Source: Octopus sinensis (Eukaryota). From it: a stretch of 64,000 nt of DNA. This document shows positions 13,892 to 27,019 of the stretch, piece by piece (the first letter of the stretch is position 1; each line of letters starts with the position of its first letter). Location: NCBI RefSeq assembly GCF_006345805.1, contig NC_043022.1, positions 14,694,001 to 14,758,000 on the forward strand. Direction: 5' to 3'. The notes under the pieces were generated by a model. It ran no database searches, had not been told where the DNA came from, and saw nothing but the letters and a program-made list of their open reading frames with translations. The translations under genes were made by a program, and so were the position numbers.

Positions 13892-14644
13892 CTGTATAAA
13901 AGCAAACAGGTTAAGAAAGTGAAGATTACATCATCATCACCAACCCCCACCATCACCATCACCATCATCACAAGTTTCAATGCCTACTCTTTCATGGGAT
14001 AGATGAAATTCATTGAGGAAGGTTTTCTACAGCTGGATGCCCTTACTGTCTATTTCTTTATTACCCACAAGGGGCTAAACATAGAGGGAACAAACAAGAA
14101 CAGACATAGGTATTAAGTCAATTACATCAACCCCAGTGTGTAACTGGTACTTAATTTATCGACCCCGAAAGGATGAAAGGCAAAGTCGACCTCGGCGGAA
14201 TTTGAACTCAGAACGTAACGGCAGACGAAATACCGCAAAGCATTTCTCCCGGCGTGCTAACGCTTCTACCAGCTCGCCGCCTTATGCCCTTATTGTCACC
14301 AACCATCACCTGTTTCCAAGAAGGTTATTTACCCTAGTCCTCTCAACATGAATTGCACAATGGACAGTCATGATTTCATGAAAAACTGCAAGTGACGGAG
14401 ACTGCTTATGTGATTGGTGACATTACGACTAACAAATGACGTTAATACAAAAGACACACATATACACATAGGAGCATTCTGTTCGTTATGACAACGAGGG
14501 TCCCAGCTGATAACTAAAGAATTAAAAAAGAACTGTTGAAAAGGCACAAGGGTATGGTTGCTCCTCTGTCAGCTATGATACTGATCTGTAGTATACCATA
14601 ACAACAACAGCAACAATACTAAACAGTTAAAGGATTCCTCTTTC

Positions 14645-14821
14645 AGTTCTATATTTAAGAGATGAGGAATTATTTACATTGTTTACATTTGACGGATATT
14701 TGTCCTCATCTTGTTTGTTGTTAACACAACATTTCGGCTGATGTACCCTACAGCCTTCATCTGGTGTCTTGGGGGAAATTTCCAACAAGAGTTCTCATTC
14801 CTAAGGCATTTTTTGATGTTG

Positions 14822-14868
<47 letters not shown>

Positions 14869-14922
14869 TTTATTATTCAGGCCACTGCCTGGAATCTAAC
14901 TCGGAATCTTGGGAGTTAGTAG
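14645..14922 (-). mobile_element. 5'-truncated hammerhead-SINE copy, inverted relative to 14964-15204
   Basis: Reverse complement contains GACAC-CAGATGA-A-GGCTG...CAGCC-GAAA-TG-TT-GTGTT (14723-14768). Confidence 0.75.
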
Positions 14923-14963
14923 GAAAATATTAGATTTATAAGCCCTAAAATTCACTCCAAATT

Positions 14964-15204
14964 GCCCACGGGCATATGGTGTAGTGGCTAAGAGCACATG
15001 CTACTAACCCCAAGATTCCGTGTTCGATTCCAGGCAGTGACCTGAACAGCAACAACAACAACATCGAAAAAATACCTTAGTAATGAGAACCCAGGTTCAA
15101 AATTTCCCCAAGATGAAGGCTGGAGGGTATATCAGCCGAAGCATTGTGTTAACAACAAACAAGATGAGGACAAATATCCGTCAAATGTAAATAATGTAAA
15201 TAAT
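14964..15204 (+). mobile_element. tRNA-headed hammerhead-SINE copy (core partly deleted)
   Basis: Same family as 37936-38335; A box TGGTGTAGTGG, B box GTTCGATTCC. Confidence 0.75.
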
Positions 15205-15223
15205 GGGGTCCGCTTTGTCTTAC

Positions 15224-15545
15224 CTTGAAGATTTTCTTTCCGAATAATCATATCTTGATTTTCTCCTTCGAGCTGTTCTTTCCTTGCTCGGAGCTGAGTA
15301 TTTTCCTGTTGGACCTCATACAAAGTGTTCTCTAAGCTGTCTTTGTCGGTTCTAATAGCAGCGATGACTTCGCTTTGCTGTCGGTTTTCCCTCTCCGTTG
15401 CTGTGACTTGAACAACCAGTTCTGCATTCTGTTGAGTCAGCTGTTCCTTGTCCTTGTTGATCTTCGAGATTATTGTTTTGTGACGTTCCAGTTCTTTGCG
15501 CAATGCCAGCAACTCTTCAGCCAGGGCCTGTTTCTGACGAGACAG
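15224..15545 (-). CDS. CROCC: Rootletin exon (LSRQKQALAEELLALRKE...IIRKENLQ)
   Basis: tttgtacag acceptor, G|GTAAGA donor, 322 nt, phase 0/1. Confidence 0.93.
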
Positions 15546-15621
15546 CTGTACAAAGGAACAAGAAACAATAATGAAACAATGCAGGTGATATTTCTATAAT
15601 AATAATAATAATAATAATAAT

Positions 15622-16180
15622 AAATGCCCTGATGCAGTACCAGGCAGTGGCTCTTATGGCTTCTGATCTTAACTGATTGGAAGAGTTATCGTGTACATTG
15701 TTTTGTCTTGGTATAAAAGATGGGCTACAGCAAATATTCTGCTCAATACCACAGATTTGCTTGTCAGCTGTTTGACCATAACCAGTTGACCATGTCCCTT
15801 GGTGGATGACGATATGTGCGTCTCTGATCACGAGCAGAAGTAGTGGGGGAGCATCATAGCTATGTGTTGAGAGGAATTCTTTGGAGTTTGAATAATTCAC
15901 CTCTGGAAACATGGGTGTTTCGTTCAACATCCTTAAACAACCCTTATTCAGGGACCTTTCGAGTGGGATGGGTTACTCGACCTGAAGAAAATTCTAACTG
16001 GGCCCCACCTGCAAGGTCATGTGCTGTTTATCTTGATATGAGATGACCATGTCCCGCACATATGGTTGTGAAGCATGTACCTAGTGTACCCTTATCAGAC
16101 GGGTAGTCATGATGGGTATATTGGGCTTCGTATATTTTACCCCAGTGTCACTTTGATGGCATGCACTGCTCTCTCACTCA
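15622..16180. mobile_element. (AAT)n-targeted non-coding retroelement fragment (second copy ~40040-40410)
   Basis: ~560-bp dispersed repeat flanked on both sides by (AAT)n. Confidence 0.6.
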
Positions 16181-16599
16181 ATAATAATAATAATAATAAT
16201 GGCTTCAAGCAGTTATGGGAGGAGGGGATGAGTCGATTACATCGACCCCAGTGTTCAACTGGTACTTAATTTATTTACCCCGAAAGGATGAAAGGCAAGG
16301 TCAACCTCAATGGAATTTGAACTCAGAACGTAGCCTCGGGTGAAATACTGCCAAGAATTTCATCCAATGTGCTAACTATTCTGCCAGCTTGCCACCCAAA
16401 ATAATAATAATCCTTTCTACTATAGGTACAAGGTTCCCAAAGTGGATAGTATCGCCCCTCCCTTCCTGAGGGGGTGGAAAATTCCAAGGGTGCGTTGAAG
16501 GAAAGTGGGGGTGATAATGAGGTAGTGATTCATGTAAAAACAAACAAATTAATTGGTTCATCAGGTTAAGTTTTATTTGTGAAATACAGTTGCTTTGAA

Positions 16600-17112
16600 T
16601 TTGCTTCAGAAGGAGGTCTATGACATGCATAAGATCTGGTCATCAAATCTAAGTAGAGACTTCAAACTTGAAATATTCAAAGCCACAGTCGAACCAATTC
16701 TGCTATATGGCTCAGAAACCTGGACGTTATCAAAGAAGCTTGAGAGGCAGTTGGATGGAACCTACACTCGCCTCCTTATGAGAGCTCAAAATCTCTCGTG
16801 GAGGCGCCATCCAACTAAAATGCAAATATATGGGAAACTACCACCTGTGTCATCTCTTGTGAAAGGTAGGAGAGTCCAGTTTGCTGGACATTGTTGTAGA
16901 GCTGAAAAAGAAGTAATTTCTACTCTTCTCCTCTGGAAGCCATCTACTCGCAATACCAGAGGGCGCACACTCTCCTACCCTGATGTAATCTCCAGGGATA
17001 CAGGCATCCAGCAACAGGACCTCCGTAATGCTATGATGGACCGTGAAGTCTGGCGTAACATAGTAAATTCCATTGTCTCGACCACGGTCGAACAATGATG
17101 ATGATGATGATG
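16600..17112 (+). mobile_element. 5'-truncated RTE-clade LINE (C-terminal part of RT ORF plus (TGA)n tail)
   Basis: FKATVEPILLYGSETWTL...FAGHCCRA...RGR..WR ORF ending in (TGA)n. Confidence 0.85.
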
Positions 17113-17498
17113 TTTGTGATGGTTAGTTGCGGGGTGGGGCACTAGGTATGTGACCTGGGTGTCAAGGAAGTGGCAACCCGAAAATGCTTGGGAACCACTG
17201 GTGTGATGCAATAACTCTTATGGTGTAGCTCACATGAAGGGACATAACTCTGCATGCATCCTCTTCCATTTTCCTTGACTAACGGTAAGCTTACATTTCT
17301 AGTTTGTGGTTGAGAGTATTTGCTGCTACAGAAAGGCTATTCAAGCGGAGAAGAAATTACTCTAAAATATGCAAAAAAAAAAAAATGAAAAAAGAATTAT
17401 TTCATGTTCTCTCGAACTTTCTAAATTTTTATAAAAGCAACAGTATATAATTCTCTCTAGTAAGAATCAAGTTTCTAAAACAGAAAGAGAAATTCTAA

Positions 17499-17570
17499 GG
17501 ATTGCTTTGGTCCAGTGGTAGAACGCCATCATGTTCACATCAGATGTGGGTTCAAATCCGACCAGCAGCC
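17499..17570 (+). pseudogene. tRNA-like sequence (pseudo-tRNA or solo SINE head)
   Basis: A box TGGTCCAGTGG, B box GGTTCAAATCC, imperfect GGATTGCT/AGCAGCC acceptor stem. Confidence 0.45.
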
Positions 17571-18152
17571 TTTGACTTTACCTATCCAAAGGGAATTTTA
17601 ACCCAATCACGTAAATAACACTCGTGCCGGTGCCACATGAAAAGTACCCAGTATACTCCGTAAAGTGGTTGGCATCAGACCAGAGGGACCACGTCAAAAC
17701 AGACATGGAGTCCAGGCTGCTTTGCAACTGGCCAGCACCTGTCATACCTATTTCTTTATTACCCACAAGGGGCTAAACATAGAGGGGACAAACAAAGACA
17801 GACATAGGTATTAAGTCGATTACATCGACCCCAGTGCGTAACTGGTACTTAATTTTTCGACCCCGAAAGGATGAAAGGCAAAGTCGACCTCGGCGGAATT
17901 TGAACTCAGAACGTAACAGCAGACAAAATACCGCTGAGCATTTTGCCCGGCGTGCTAACGATTCTGCCAGCTCGCCGCCTTGAGCTGTCATACCATCCAA
18001 CCCATGCCAGCATGGGCAATGGACGTTAAATGATGATGATTTATTTTCTATTGTTTATGGTTTTTCTACTTTGATTTCAACCATTAAAAAGAGAAAAACA
18101 AACAAACAAAAAAAGCTCATGCAAAAACGAAATAAAAGACTTATAATCCTAC

Positions 18153-18259
18153 CGTATTCAATTGTTCAATAACTTCAGCTTTCTCTAAGTTGACGGCGTG
18201 AATCTCTTCTTCGAGCTGTCTGTGTGTCATTTCACTCAGATTCAGTGTCTGGTTGAGAG
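18153..18259 (-). CDS. CROCC: Rootletin exon (LNQTLNLSEMTHRQLEEE...EQLNT)
   Basis: ttctctccag acceptor, ACG|GTAGGA donor, 107 nt, phase 1/0. Confidence 0.9.
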
Positions 18260-18307
18260 CTGGAGAGAAATACAGAATAGAAATAATATGGAAGGGAAAC
18301 AGGAAAA

Positions 18308-18498
18308 GGCGCAGGAGTGGCTGTGTGGTAAGTAGCTTGCTAACCAACCACATGGTTCCGGGTTCAGTCCCACTGCATGGCACCTTGGGCAAGTATCTTC
18401 TGCTATAGCCCCGGGCCGACCAATGCCTTGTGAGTGGATTTGGTAGACGGAAATTGAAAGAAGCTCATCGTATATATGTATATATATGTGTGTGTGTG

Positions 18499-18559
<61 letters not shown>

Positions 18560-18750
18560 TCCCCCTAGCATTGCTTGACAACCGATGCTGGTGTGTTTAC
18601 GTCCCCGTCACCTAGCGGTTCGGCAAAAGATACCGATAGAATAAGTACTGGGCTTACAAAGAATAAGTCCCGGGGTCGATTTGCTCGACTAAAGGCGGTG
18701 CTCCAGCATGGCCGCAGTCAAATGACTGAAACAAGTAAAAGAGTAAAGAG
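18308..18750 (+). mobile_element. Abundant tRNA-SINE with internal (TG/TA)n (copies ~3770-4168, 13085-13460, 31595-32000, 52195-52560, 54490-54905, 55650-56030)
   Basis: GGCGCAGGAGTGGCTGTGTGG...GGTTCAGTCCC head, CCTTGGGCAAGT body, AAGTAAAAGAG tail. Confidence 0.85.
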
Positions 18751-19682
18751 TAAAGAGGAAATATTCAAATATGAAATATGAACCATCACCATCATTTAAT
18801 GCTCAACCTCTATGCCGATGTGGGTCGGATAGTTTAATAGGATCCAATGGATCCAAGGACTGCATTGTGCTCAAATGATTAGTTTGGCATGGATTTTAGG
18901 GGCTAGTGGGGGTTTGTGACAAGAAAGTAAATTTGGCTGCTGAAAATCTACCTCAAAGAATTCTGTCTGAGCATGCTAAACCTATTTCTTTACTGCCCAC
19001 AAGGGGCTACACACAGAGGGGACAAACAAGGACAGACAAACGGATTAAGTTGATTACATCAACCCCAGTGTGTAACTGGTACTTATTTAATCGACCCCGA
19101 AAGGATGAAAGGCAAAGTCGACCTCAGCAGAACTTGAACTCAGAACGTAGCGGCAGACGAAATACCGCTACGCATTAAGCCCGGCGTGCTAACGATTCTG
19201 CCAGCTCGCCACCTTAAACCATCATCATTTTAATGTCCTCTTATCCATGCTTGCATGGGTTGGACAGGATTTGTTGAGGCAGATTTTTCTATGGCTGGAT
19301 GCTCATCCTGTCACCAACCCTTATGTTTCCAAGCAGGGGTAATATTTCCCCCATGGCCAGACAGGTTCTCACAGAATACTGGAAATGACCGACACTGCTT
19401 GTATGACAGTGACACTCATTTACGACTATTATATGAAATCAAGACAGACACAAAGACACACAAACGCACACACACGACAGGCTTCTTTCAGTTTCTCTCT
19501 TACAAAATACACTCATGAGGCTTTGGTCAGCTCGGGGCTACAATAGAAGATGCTTTGCTATGATGCTGTACAGTGGAACTGAACATGAGACCCTGTGATT
19601 GGGAAGCAAGCTTCTTACCACGTGGCAGCCATGCTTGCACTTGTAAAGTGGATGTCAAAATGATTATGATGATGTTGCTGCT

Positions 19683-20048
19683 TGTTTGTTGAGCGAAGTG
19701 GTCTTGATCCCAGTGGGAGAAGTCCGAAATGTGGTCCTTTGCTATTCGTAAGACCCACAGAAGAGAAAGCAGGTCAACCCCCGACACTGAGAGTATCAAT
19801 GGATGGCTGAATGCGCATCCAGGCTCAGCGGTTGCGTAGGAAGTCGGGGACAAGAAACAGGAAGAAAGAGTGAGAGAAAGTTGGAGCGAAAGAGTACAAC
19901 AGGGGTTGCCACCAACCCCTGCCGGAGCCTCGTGGAGCTTTTAGGTGTTTTCGCTCAATAAACACACACAACGCCCGGTCTGGGAATCGAAACCGTAGAT
20001 CCTCCGACTGTGAGTCCGCTGCCCTAACCACTGGGCCATTGCGCCTCC
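19683..20048 (-). mobile_element. tRNA-derived SINE (OR-like), 13-bp TSD; related heads at ~420-730 and ~22360-22735
   Basis: GGAGGCGCAATGGCCCAGTGG...GGTTTCGATTCCC head; TSD tgatgttgctgct. Confidence 0.8.
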
Positions 20049-20356
20049 TGATGTTGCTGCTGTTTGGACAGCAATGAGTTAGTTCTACAACCCATGGCAC
20101 ACATTTACAACAACGGCTAAGGTTGAGTGAAACCATTCGAAATTTAAGACTTCAAAAAAAAAAAAGAAAGAAAGCCCCCCACCTCCAAGAGCAGTATAAT
20201 TCAAATGATAAAATCTGAATTGTTAATCCTTCAGCATTTAGGTCAGCTCCCCCCACTCCACCCCATGCTGCTAACTCTGCCAGTTGGCACTTGTTAAAAA
20301 CCAATTATTTCAAGACAAAACAATACAAAACGCTGACAACTGAACTAAAAACTTAC

Positions 20357-20480
20357 ACATTTTCTCTGTATCCAAGTCCATTTTCTCCTGTTCCACCCTC
20401 ACCAGCTCCTCTTTAATGCCAAATTTCTCTTGCTCCAGGGACTGCTTTTCACCGCTTAGAGAAACCTTTTCGTTTTCAAG
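20357..20480 (-). CDS. CROCC: Rootletin exon (LENEKVSLSGEKQSLEQEK...DTEKM)
   Basis: ttttcag acceptor, T|GTAAGT donor, 124 nt, phase 0/1. Confidence 0.9.
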
Positions 20481-22757
20481 CTGAAAATAGAAATACAGTT
20501 GGTATATTCACCTATAAGTGCAGGGTATTTGTAAACCACCCTAGGCTTGATAATATTGCCAGAACTGAATCAGCCTGACCCCGTGGCGTATGGTGGGTGA
20601 TGTATTGGGTGTGTTTCTATACTCAATGTCCCTAAATTTCAAGCAGGAGTATAACAAAAGTTTTCCATTAAGATTTGTGATTAGATTAACGAGCAAGGTT
20701 AATTTATAATGAATTTGCCATTTTTGATGGGTGTGCTGCACATACCTAGCACACCCTGGATATTACATACATATACGTGTATGGCAGCGAGCTGGCAGAA
20801 TCGTTAGCATGCCAGGCAAAATGCTTAGCGGTATTTCGTCTGCGTTACGTTGTGAGTTCAAATTCCGCCGAGGTCGACTTTGCCTTTCATCCTTTCGGGG
20901 TTGATAAATTAAGTACCAGTTACGCACTGGGGTCAATATAATCGACTTAATACCTATGTCTGTCCTTGTTTGTTCCCTCTGTGTTTAGCCCCTTGTGGGT
21001 AATAAAGAAATAGGTATTTCATCTGCCGTTACATTTGGAGTTCAAATTCTGTCGAGGTCAACTTTGCCTTTCATCCTTTCGGGGTTGATTAAATAAGTAC
21101 CAGTTACGCACTGGGGTCGATGTAATCGACTTAATCCCTTTGTCTGTCCTTGTTTGTACCCGCTGTGCTTAGCCCCCTGCGGGCAATAAAGAAATATCTA
21201 TGTATGTATATTAAAAAGGAGGGGTTGGGTTTGCATTGTAGTAGCAAGGGGTCATTGAGAAGGAGCTAGCAAAAGGGAAGGGAAGATGACTTAAAAATGT
21301 TCGAAACGTACTGTGCCACAGATGCTCAAGGGAATTATAGTGGACCCTCAATTTACAAATTTAATTCATTCCTGAGGGCAATTCATCACCTGAAATGTTT
21401 GCAAACTGAAACTCTTTCTACCAAAGGAAATTCAAGAGAAAGCCCAGCAGATACAAGCAGGGCTGTCCACAGAGCGAAGGCCAGACAGCAACTGACGCTA
21501 ACCTGTTGATATTCCCAGTTTGTTGCCAACTGCCGTCGTTACTGGCCTGCGTGCTCTCGTTACTCAAGACGTCGTTTGTCACCTGAGACATTTTATGTTT
21601 GAAAAATTGCTTTGTAAACCAATTTGTTCTTAATGGGAGCCATTCATAGACAGAGGTTCTACTGTACAGGATTACCAATCGAAAGAGGTCAACAGTGGTT
21701 TTTGTATCAACAGTTATTTACTCAAAACAAACAACAACAACAAAAATGACATATGTTCCACGAAACTGTGTTGTATTTTAAGCCTCTTCTGTGAAGGAAC
21801 TGACATTCTCACATGCAAACGATCGTGTTGGTTCATGTTGCTCAGCTGATTAATTACACAAAGTCTTTCTTAATTAGCAGCCAATATCTATATTTTTTTA
21901 TCTTTTGCTTGGTTCAGTCATTGGCTTATGGCCATGCTGAAGCAATGCCTTAAAGGGATTTTGTTAAACAAATCAACCCTGGTACTAATGTTGTTCTTTT
22001 TTTTTTTTTAAATCTGATACTTATTTTATCAATTTCTTTTGCTGAACCACTAAGTTATAGGCAATGGAGATGTTAACAAAACAACACCTGTTGCCAAGCA
22101 GAAAGACGGAGACAATTACATATACAGACACACGATGAGCTTCCACACAATTCCTGTCTGCTAAATTCACACAGAAGGCATTGATCAGCTCGGGGCTATA
22201 GTAAAATAGACACTTGCTCAAGGTGCCACACAGTGAGACTGAACCCAAAACCACATGGTTGCAAAAGTGAGCTCCTTAACCACACAGCCATGCCTGTGTC
22301 AACACGGATTCCCCACGGGATTTTCCTTTCCCCTGTCCCTTGTCATTTATTTATGTACTGAAAGCACTCCGTCGGTTACGACGATGAGGGTTCCGGTTGA
22401 TCCGAATCAACGGAACAGCCTGCTCGTGAAATTAACGTGTAAGTGGCTGAGCACTCCACAGACATGTGTACCCTTAACGTAGTTCTCGCGGATATTCAGC
22501 GTGACACAGAGAGTGACAAGGCCGGCCCTTTGAAATACAGGTACAACAGAAACAGGAAGTAAGAGTGAGAGAAAGTTGTGGTGAAAGAGTACAGCAGGGA
22601 TCACCACCATCCCTGCCGGAGCCTCGTGGAGCTTTTAGGTGTTTTCGCTCAATAAACTCTCACAACGCCCGGTCTGGGAATTGAAACCGCGATCCTATGA
22701 CCGCGAGTCCGCTGCCCTAACCACTGGGCCATTGCGTACTAACCTTTATATACTAAC

Positions 22758-22921
22758 CTGCATAATAATCTTGTTCAGTTCTATTTTGTCCTGGCCGAGA
22801 CTTTCATTCAAGGACTGAAGTTTCAGTAAATTATCCTGCAAGCCAGCATTTTCAGCTTTCAGTTTGTTCACTTCCACCTCGGTTTCTGACTTTTTCAGCT
22901 CAGATTTGCCCAGAATGTCAG
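22758..22921 (-). CDS. CROCC: Rootletin exon (DILGKSELKK...LQSLNESLGQDKIELNKIIMQ)
   Basis: ttctcttttag acceptor, CAG|GTTAGT donor, 164 nt, phase 1/0; LNESL.QDK..LN motif. Confidence 0.93.
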
Positions 22922-24362
22922 CTAAAAGAGAAGAAAGAAAATTTTCATAAAATACTTATGCAAGTAAAATGCTCATTCTATTCTTACATCAGTGCTAGGG
23001 TGGTCTTCTCTATAGATTGGTGCTTATCAAATTATTGGTAAAGTTTCCAATCTTAAATTAGTAGAACACCTTGATTAGTCCATTACTTCTTAACCCTTAA
23101 GCATTCAGATTATTCTGTAAAATGTAAAGCTTATGTGTTCACACCATGTAAAATTAATCTTGTATCATTTCATGGCTTTGAGATTTCAATGATGGGATTG
23201 TTTATTTTTAAAATGACACAATAAGGTAGCTATGAATGACCATATCTGACTAGTTTGAACATAAGACAGGTAGAATATTTTGGGCATATCAGGCACAAAT
23301 ATTCCACCTTTTTTTGATGTTCAAACCAACCAGATCCGGCCCCCTCACACCTGTCCTACAATATCATTCTAAAAATATCCAATCACATCATCAAAATCTT
23401 GAAAATGCACAAAATGAATAAATTAGTGTTACATTTGACAGAGAAGTAAACTGAATGTTAAAGAATTCATCATCATCTAATGTCTGCATTCTATGCTGGC
23501 ATGGGTGGGACAGATTCACAAGAGCTGGCCAGGCAGAAACCGGCACCAGACTTCTGTGTCTGTTTTGGCAGGAGTTTTACACCAGCCACTCAACAGAGTG
23601 GACTTTGTGCTTTTTACGTGGCACAAGCACAGGTGAGGTCAGTTTTGGCAAGTTTTTTTTTTACAGCTGGATGCCCTTCAAAACACCAACCACTTTACAG
23701 TATGGCCATGCTTGAGCCTAGTTATAGATGCACCTTATTTCAGGCTTTGTGCCTATAGTAGAAAGGATTATAATAATGGTTTCTGATTTAAGCGCAAGGC
23801 CTGCAATTTTAGTGGAAAGTTGGGTCAGATGATACCATTGACCCCAGGATTTGACTGGTGCTTGATTTCCTTGACTCATAAAAAGACAAAAGAAAAAGTA
23901 ATATAGATCTTGGTGGGATTTGAACTCAGAATGTAAAGAGTCAGGAGAAAACCTGCAAGGCTTTCCCAACTCTCTAATGATTCTCCCACTCCATTGCTCT
24001 GTTGTAATAACTGCTCCAGACTTGGCACATGGCCAGCAATTTTAGGGAGAGAAGGATAGTTGATGGCACTGACCCCAGTACCTAACTGATCCTTTATTTT
24101 ATCAACCCCAAAAGGATGAAAGCTGACTTAGGCAGGATTTTTTTGGTGGTGGTGGTCGTGGTGGTGGTGGTGGGGAGGAGGCAAGTTGATTACATCAGCT
24201 CCAACAACTGACTGGTTCTTTATTTTGTTGGATCCGAAAGAATGAAAAATAAAGTTGACCTTGGTGAGATTTGAACTCAGATATGTAGAGCTGAAAGAAA
24301 TGCCACGAAGCAACTCTGCCAGCTCCGCCTCCTTACTCCACTTCGATCCCTCCAATACTTAC

Positions 24363-24490
24363 CCAACTCAAACGACTTGTGTTCCTGTACTTCTTTCTCA
24401 AGAAGTGTTTTGTTCAGCTGCTCTTTGTTAAAAACAATCTCTTCTTTCAGTGATGAAATCTTATTCTCAAGTTGTTCTATGACTTTGTGG
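24363..24490 (-). CDS. CROCC: Rootletin exon (HKVIEQLENKISSLKEE...SFEL)
   Basis: tttcag acceptor, G|GTAAGT donor, 128 nt, phase 2/1. Confidence 0.9.
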
Positions 24491-25023
24491 CTGAAACAAA
24501 TGAAAATTTGAGATAAGTGGTGCTTCTAGACACAAAGGTTGGCACCAATATGTATGAGGTTATCTATTATTAGACAAGCTTAGGCTTGTCAAATGTCAAA
24601 GACATTTCCATTCTTCCAGAGTGTTAAACTAATAAACCTATTTGTTGTTCTTTCACCTGTCTTCGTCTTTTGTTTTCTGTAAATTTGAACTATATATACA
24701 TAAACATATATGTTCTCAAGCAATCGATGTACGTGTGATCTTTCGTTATTTTTCCCTCTATACCTGTGTGAGTTATTTTCTAGAATACATTGTCTGGGAG
24801 ACTTTTCTTATAGTAGAGGAAATAGCTAAATTTTTTGGCTGCTATTTCTAAAAGTTTGGTGTGTGGTAAAGTAAATTTTTTTACTGAACCCTAATTATAT
24901 AACGTATTGTTTTAAATATACCGTAAATGGTCTTTTTATATACTGAACACTACTTGGTAAAATTATTAATTAATAATTAATTAATTTTACCCTTTTATTA
25001 TTGACATATACATATATATATAT

Positions 25024-25062
<39 letters not shown>

Positions 25063-25102
25063 CATCATCATCATCGTTTATATATATATATATATATAAT
25101 TA

Positions 25103-25331
25103 CAGGATTGGCCAAAAGTCCCCCGACAGTAAATCAAGATTCCCTAAATACTATCTGTAATTCTGTATTGACTCGAATGGAAAAAATGCGTCACAAAAGA
25201 AGGACTTCAGTTTGAACAATTTTCATGATGTTTCATATTTAGATGGTTTTATCAAATTCCTTCAGTTGTTAAACATAAATAAATCTTGGATTTGGTTTTT
25301 TTTACTGTCAGGTGACTTTTGGCCAATCCTG
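25103..25331. mobile_element. Mariner/Tc1-type MITE
   Basis: ~30-bp TIRs CAGGATTGGCCAAAAGTC...ACAGTAAA, TA TSD. Confidence 0.8.
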
Positions 25332-25354
25332 TATATATATATATGTGTGTGTAA

Positions 25355-25390
<36 letters not shown>

Positions 25391-25577
25391 AGGCACATGG
25401 CCTAGTGGTTAGAGCAGCAGACTTGTGGTCGAGGGAAAATAATTATGTAATCCAAACAAAATTAATGTCTTGCTAATTATCAGTTTCAGAACTAAGGTAA
25501 ATAAAAAAAAAAAAAGCCAAAACCCTTACCCACCCCACCCTAAAAATAAGGACCAAGAGATTAGGAATTTTACTGAC

Positions 25578-25829
25578 CATCTTTCGTTTTCTTTAATCTG
25601 CCTTTCTTTATCTTGTAGGATATCATCTTTCTCGTCTTCGAGATTATCTCGCTGGCGCTGGATTTCGGCATTTGCTGCCTGAAGCTTATCGTTCTCCACA
25701 CGGAATCCTTCGATTTGTTCGTTTAAGGATTCACGGATCTTTTCTAATTGAGAGCGTTCGTTACCCGTTAAATTAAGGACGTTTTTGATTCGATCTCTGT
25801 CACGGTTGGAATCAACATAATCTCGACGC
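25578..25829 (-). CDS. CROCC: Rootletin exon (RRDYVDSNRDRDRIK...QIKENER)
   Basis: catttag acceptor, TG|GTCAGT donor, 252 nt, phase 2/2; KLQAA..E..RQRD.LE.E motif. Confidence 0.92.
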
Positions 25830-26084
25830 CTAAATGAAAACAAATAAACAAAACAAAACAAAACAAATAAAAAATATTACGATTTTTAGGGGTCGGTGGT
25901 GTTCACAAGGCGAGTGTCTTTATTTGATTGAATCAAACCCAAAATATTATTCACAACTATGACCATTTTGTCTTCTATTCAGTCAGATAAAATGTACCTA
26001 GGAGTATGTTATTCAATGTGACTCTCCATCTGTAAAACGGCAGGGTGTGATTTCAAGGGAAATTTGGTGACTCTGTAGAACTGT

Positions 26085-26690
26085 GGCTCTGAACCATTCT
26101 TTTCTAATGGGCCTCTTTCATTACTATCTTACTCTGGTAGACCCCTTTTATTACTATTCTGCTCAGGTGGACCCCTTTCATAACTATTTTACTCTGGTGG
26201 ACCACTTTCAATACCGTTTTGCTCTGATAGACCCCTTTCATTACTGTTTTACTCTAATGGACCCCTTTCATTACTATTTTGCTCTGGTGGACCCCTTTCA
26301 TTAATGTTTTGCTCTAGTGGACCCCTTTCATTACTGTTTTGTTCTGATGGACCCCTTTCATTACTATTTTGCTCTGATGGACCCCTTTCATTATTGTTTT
26401 GTTCTGCTGGACCCCTTTTATTACTATTTTGCTCTGGTGGACCCTTTTCAATACCGTTTTGCTCTGATAGACCCCTTTCATTACTGTTTTGTTCCGGTGG
26501 ACCCCTTTCATTACTATTTTACTCTGATGGACCCCTCTTATTACTATTTTACTCTGATGGACCCCTCTTATTACTATTTTACTCTGGTGGACCCCTTTCA
26601 TTACTATTTTGCCCTGGTAGATCCCTTTCATTACTATTTTACTATGGTGGACCCGTTTCATTACTGTTTTGCTCTGGTGGACCCCTTAGC
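26085..26690. repeat. 30-bp minisatellite, ~20 units
   Basis: Unit GGACCCCTTTCATTACTATTTTGCTCTGGT. Confidence 0.95.
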
Positions 26691-26789
26691 CATCTGATGT
26701 TTAAAAACATAGTTAAATAGATACTTCTTTCAAAATTCCTATTTCATTTTTCACCCTTTCACTTGCAAAGGTCTGCAACAGAATTCTCT

Positions 26790-27015
26790 GAGAGAACATG
26801 CTTCAGGGGCCAGAAACATGTTTAGAAGAAAGGATAATAGATGGAATAGCAAATTGACTGAGTGGACACCGTGTCCAGAAGGAGGGGAAGACCATGCAGA
26901 AGTTGGAATGAAGGCTTTGTTAAAGACTTCGGCACCCAAACATGGATGGAGGAAAGTATGAGATCATGGTTGCTGGAGAGGACATGCTGAGGCTTTCATC
27001 CAGCAATGGACTGAA
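26790..27015 (+). mobile_element. Old RTE-like LINE 3' remnant
   Basis: Degenerate WTP/RRGRP..W and EAFIQQWT motifs. Confidence 0.45.
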
Positions 27016-27019
27016 CATC

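Noticed and set aside
26085-26690. Regular 30-bp array with open frames, superficially CRISPR-like or a repeat protein
   Set aside because: Contiguous tandem units with no unique spacers, in a eukaryotic intron; frames are open only because the unit length is a multiple of 3.
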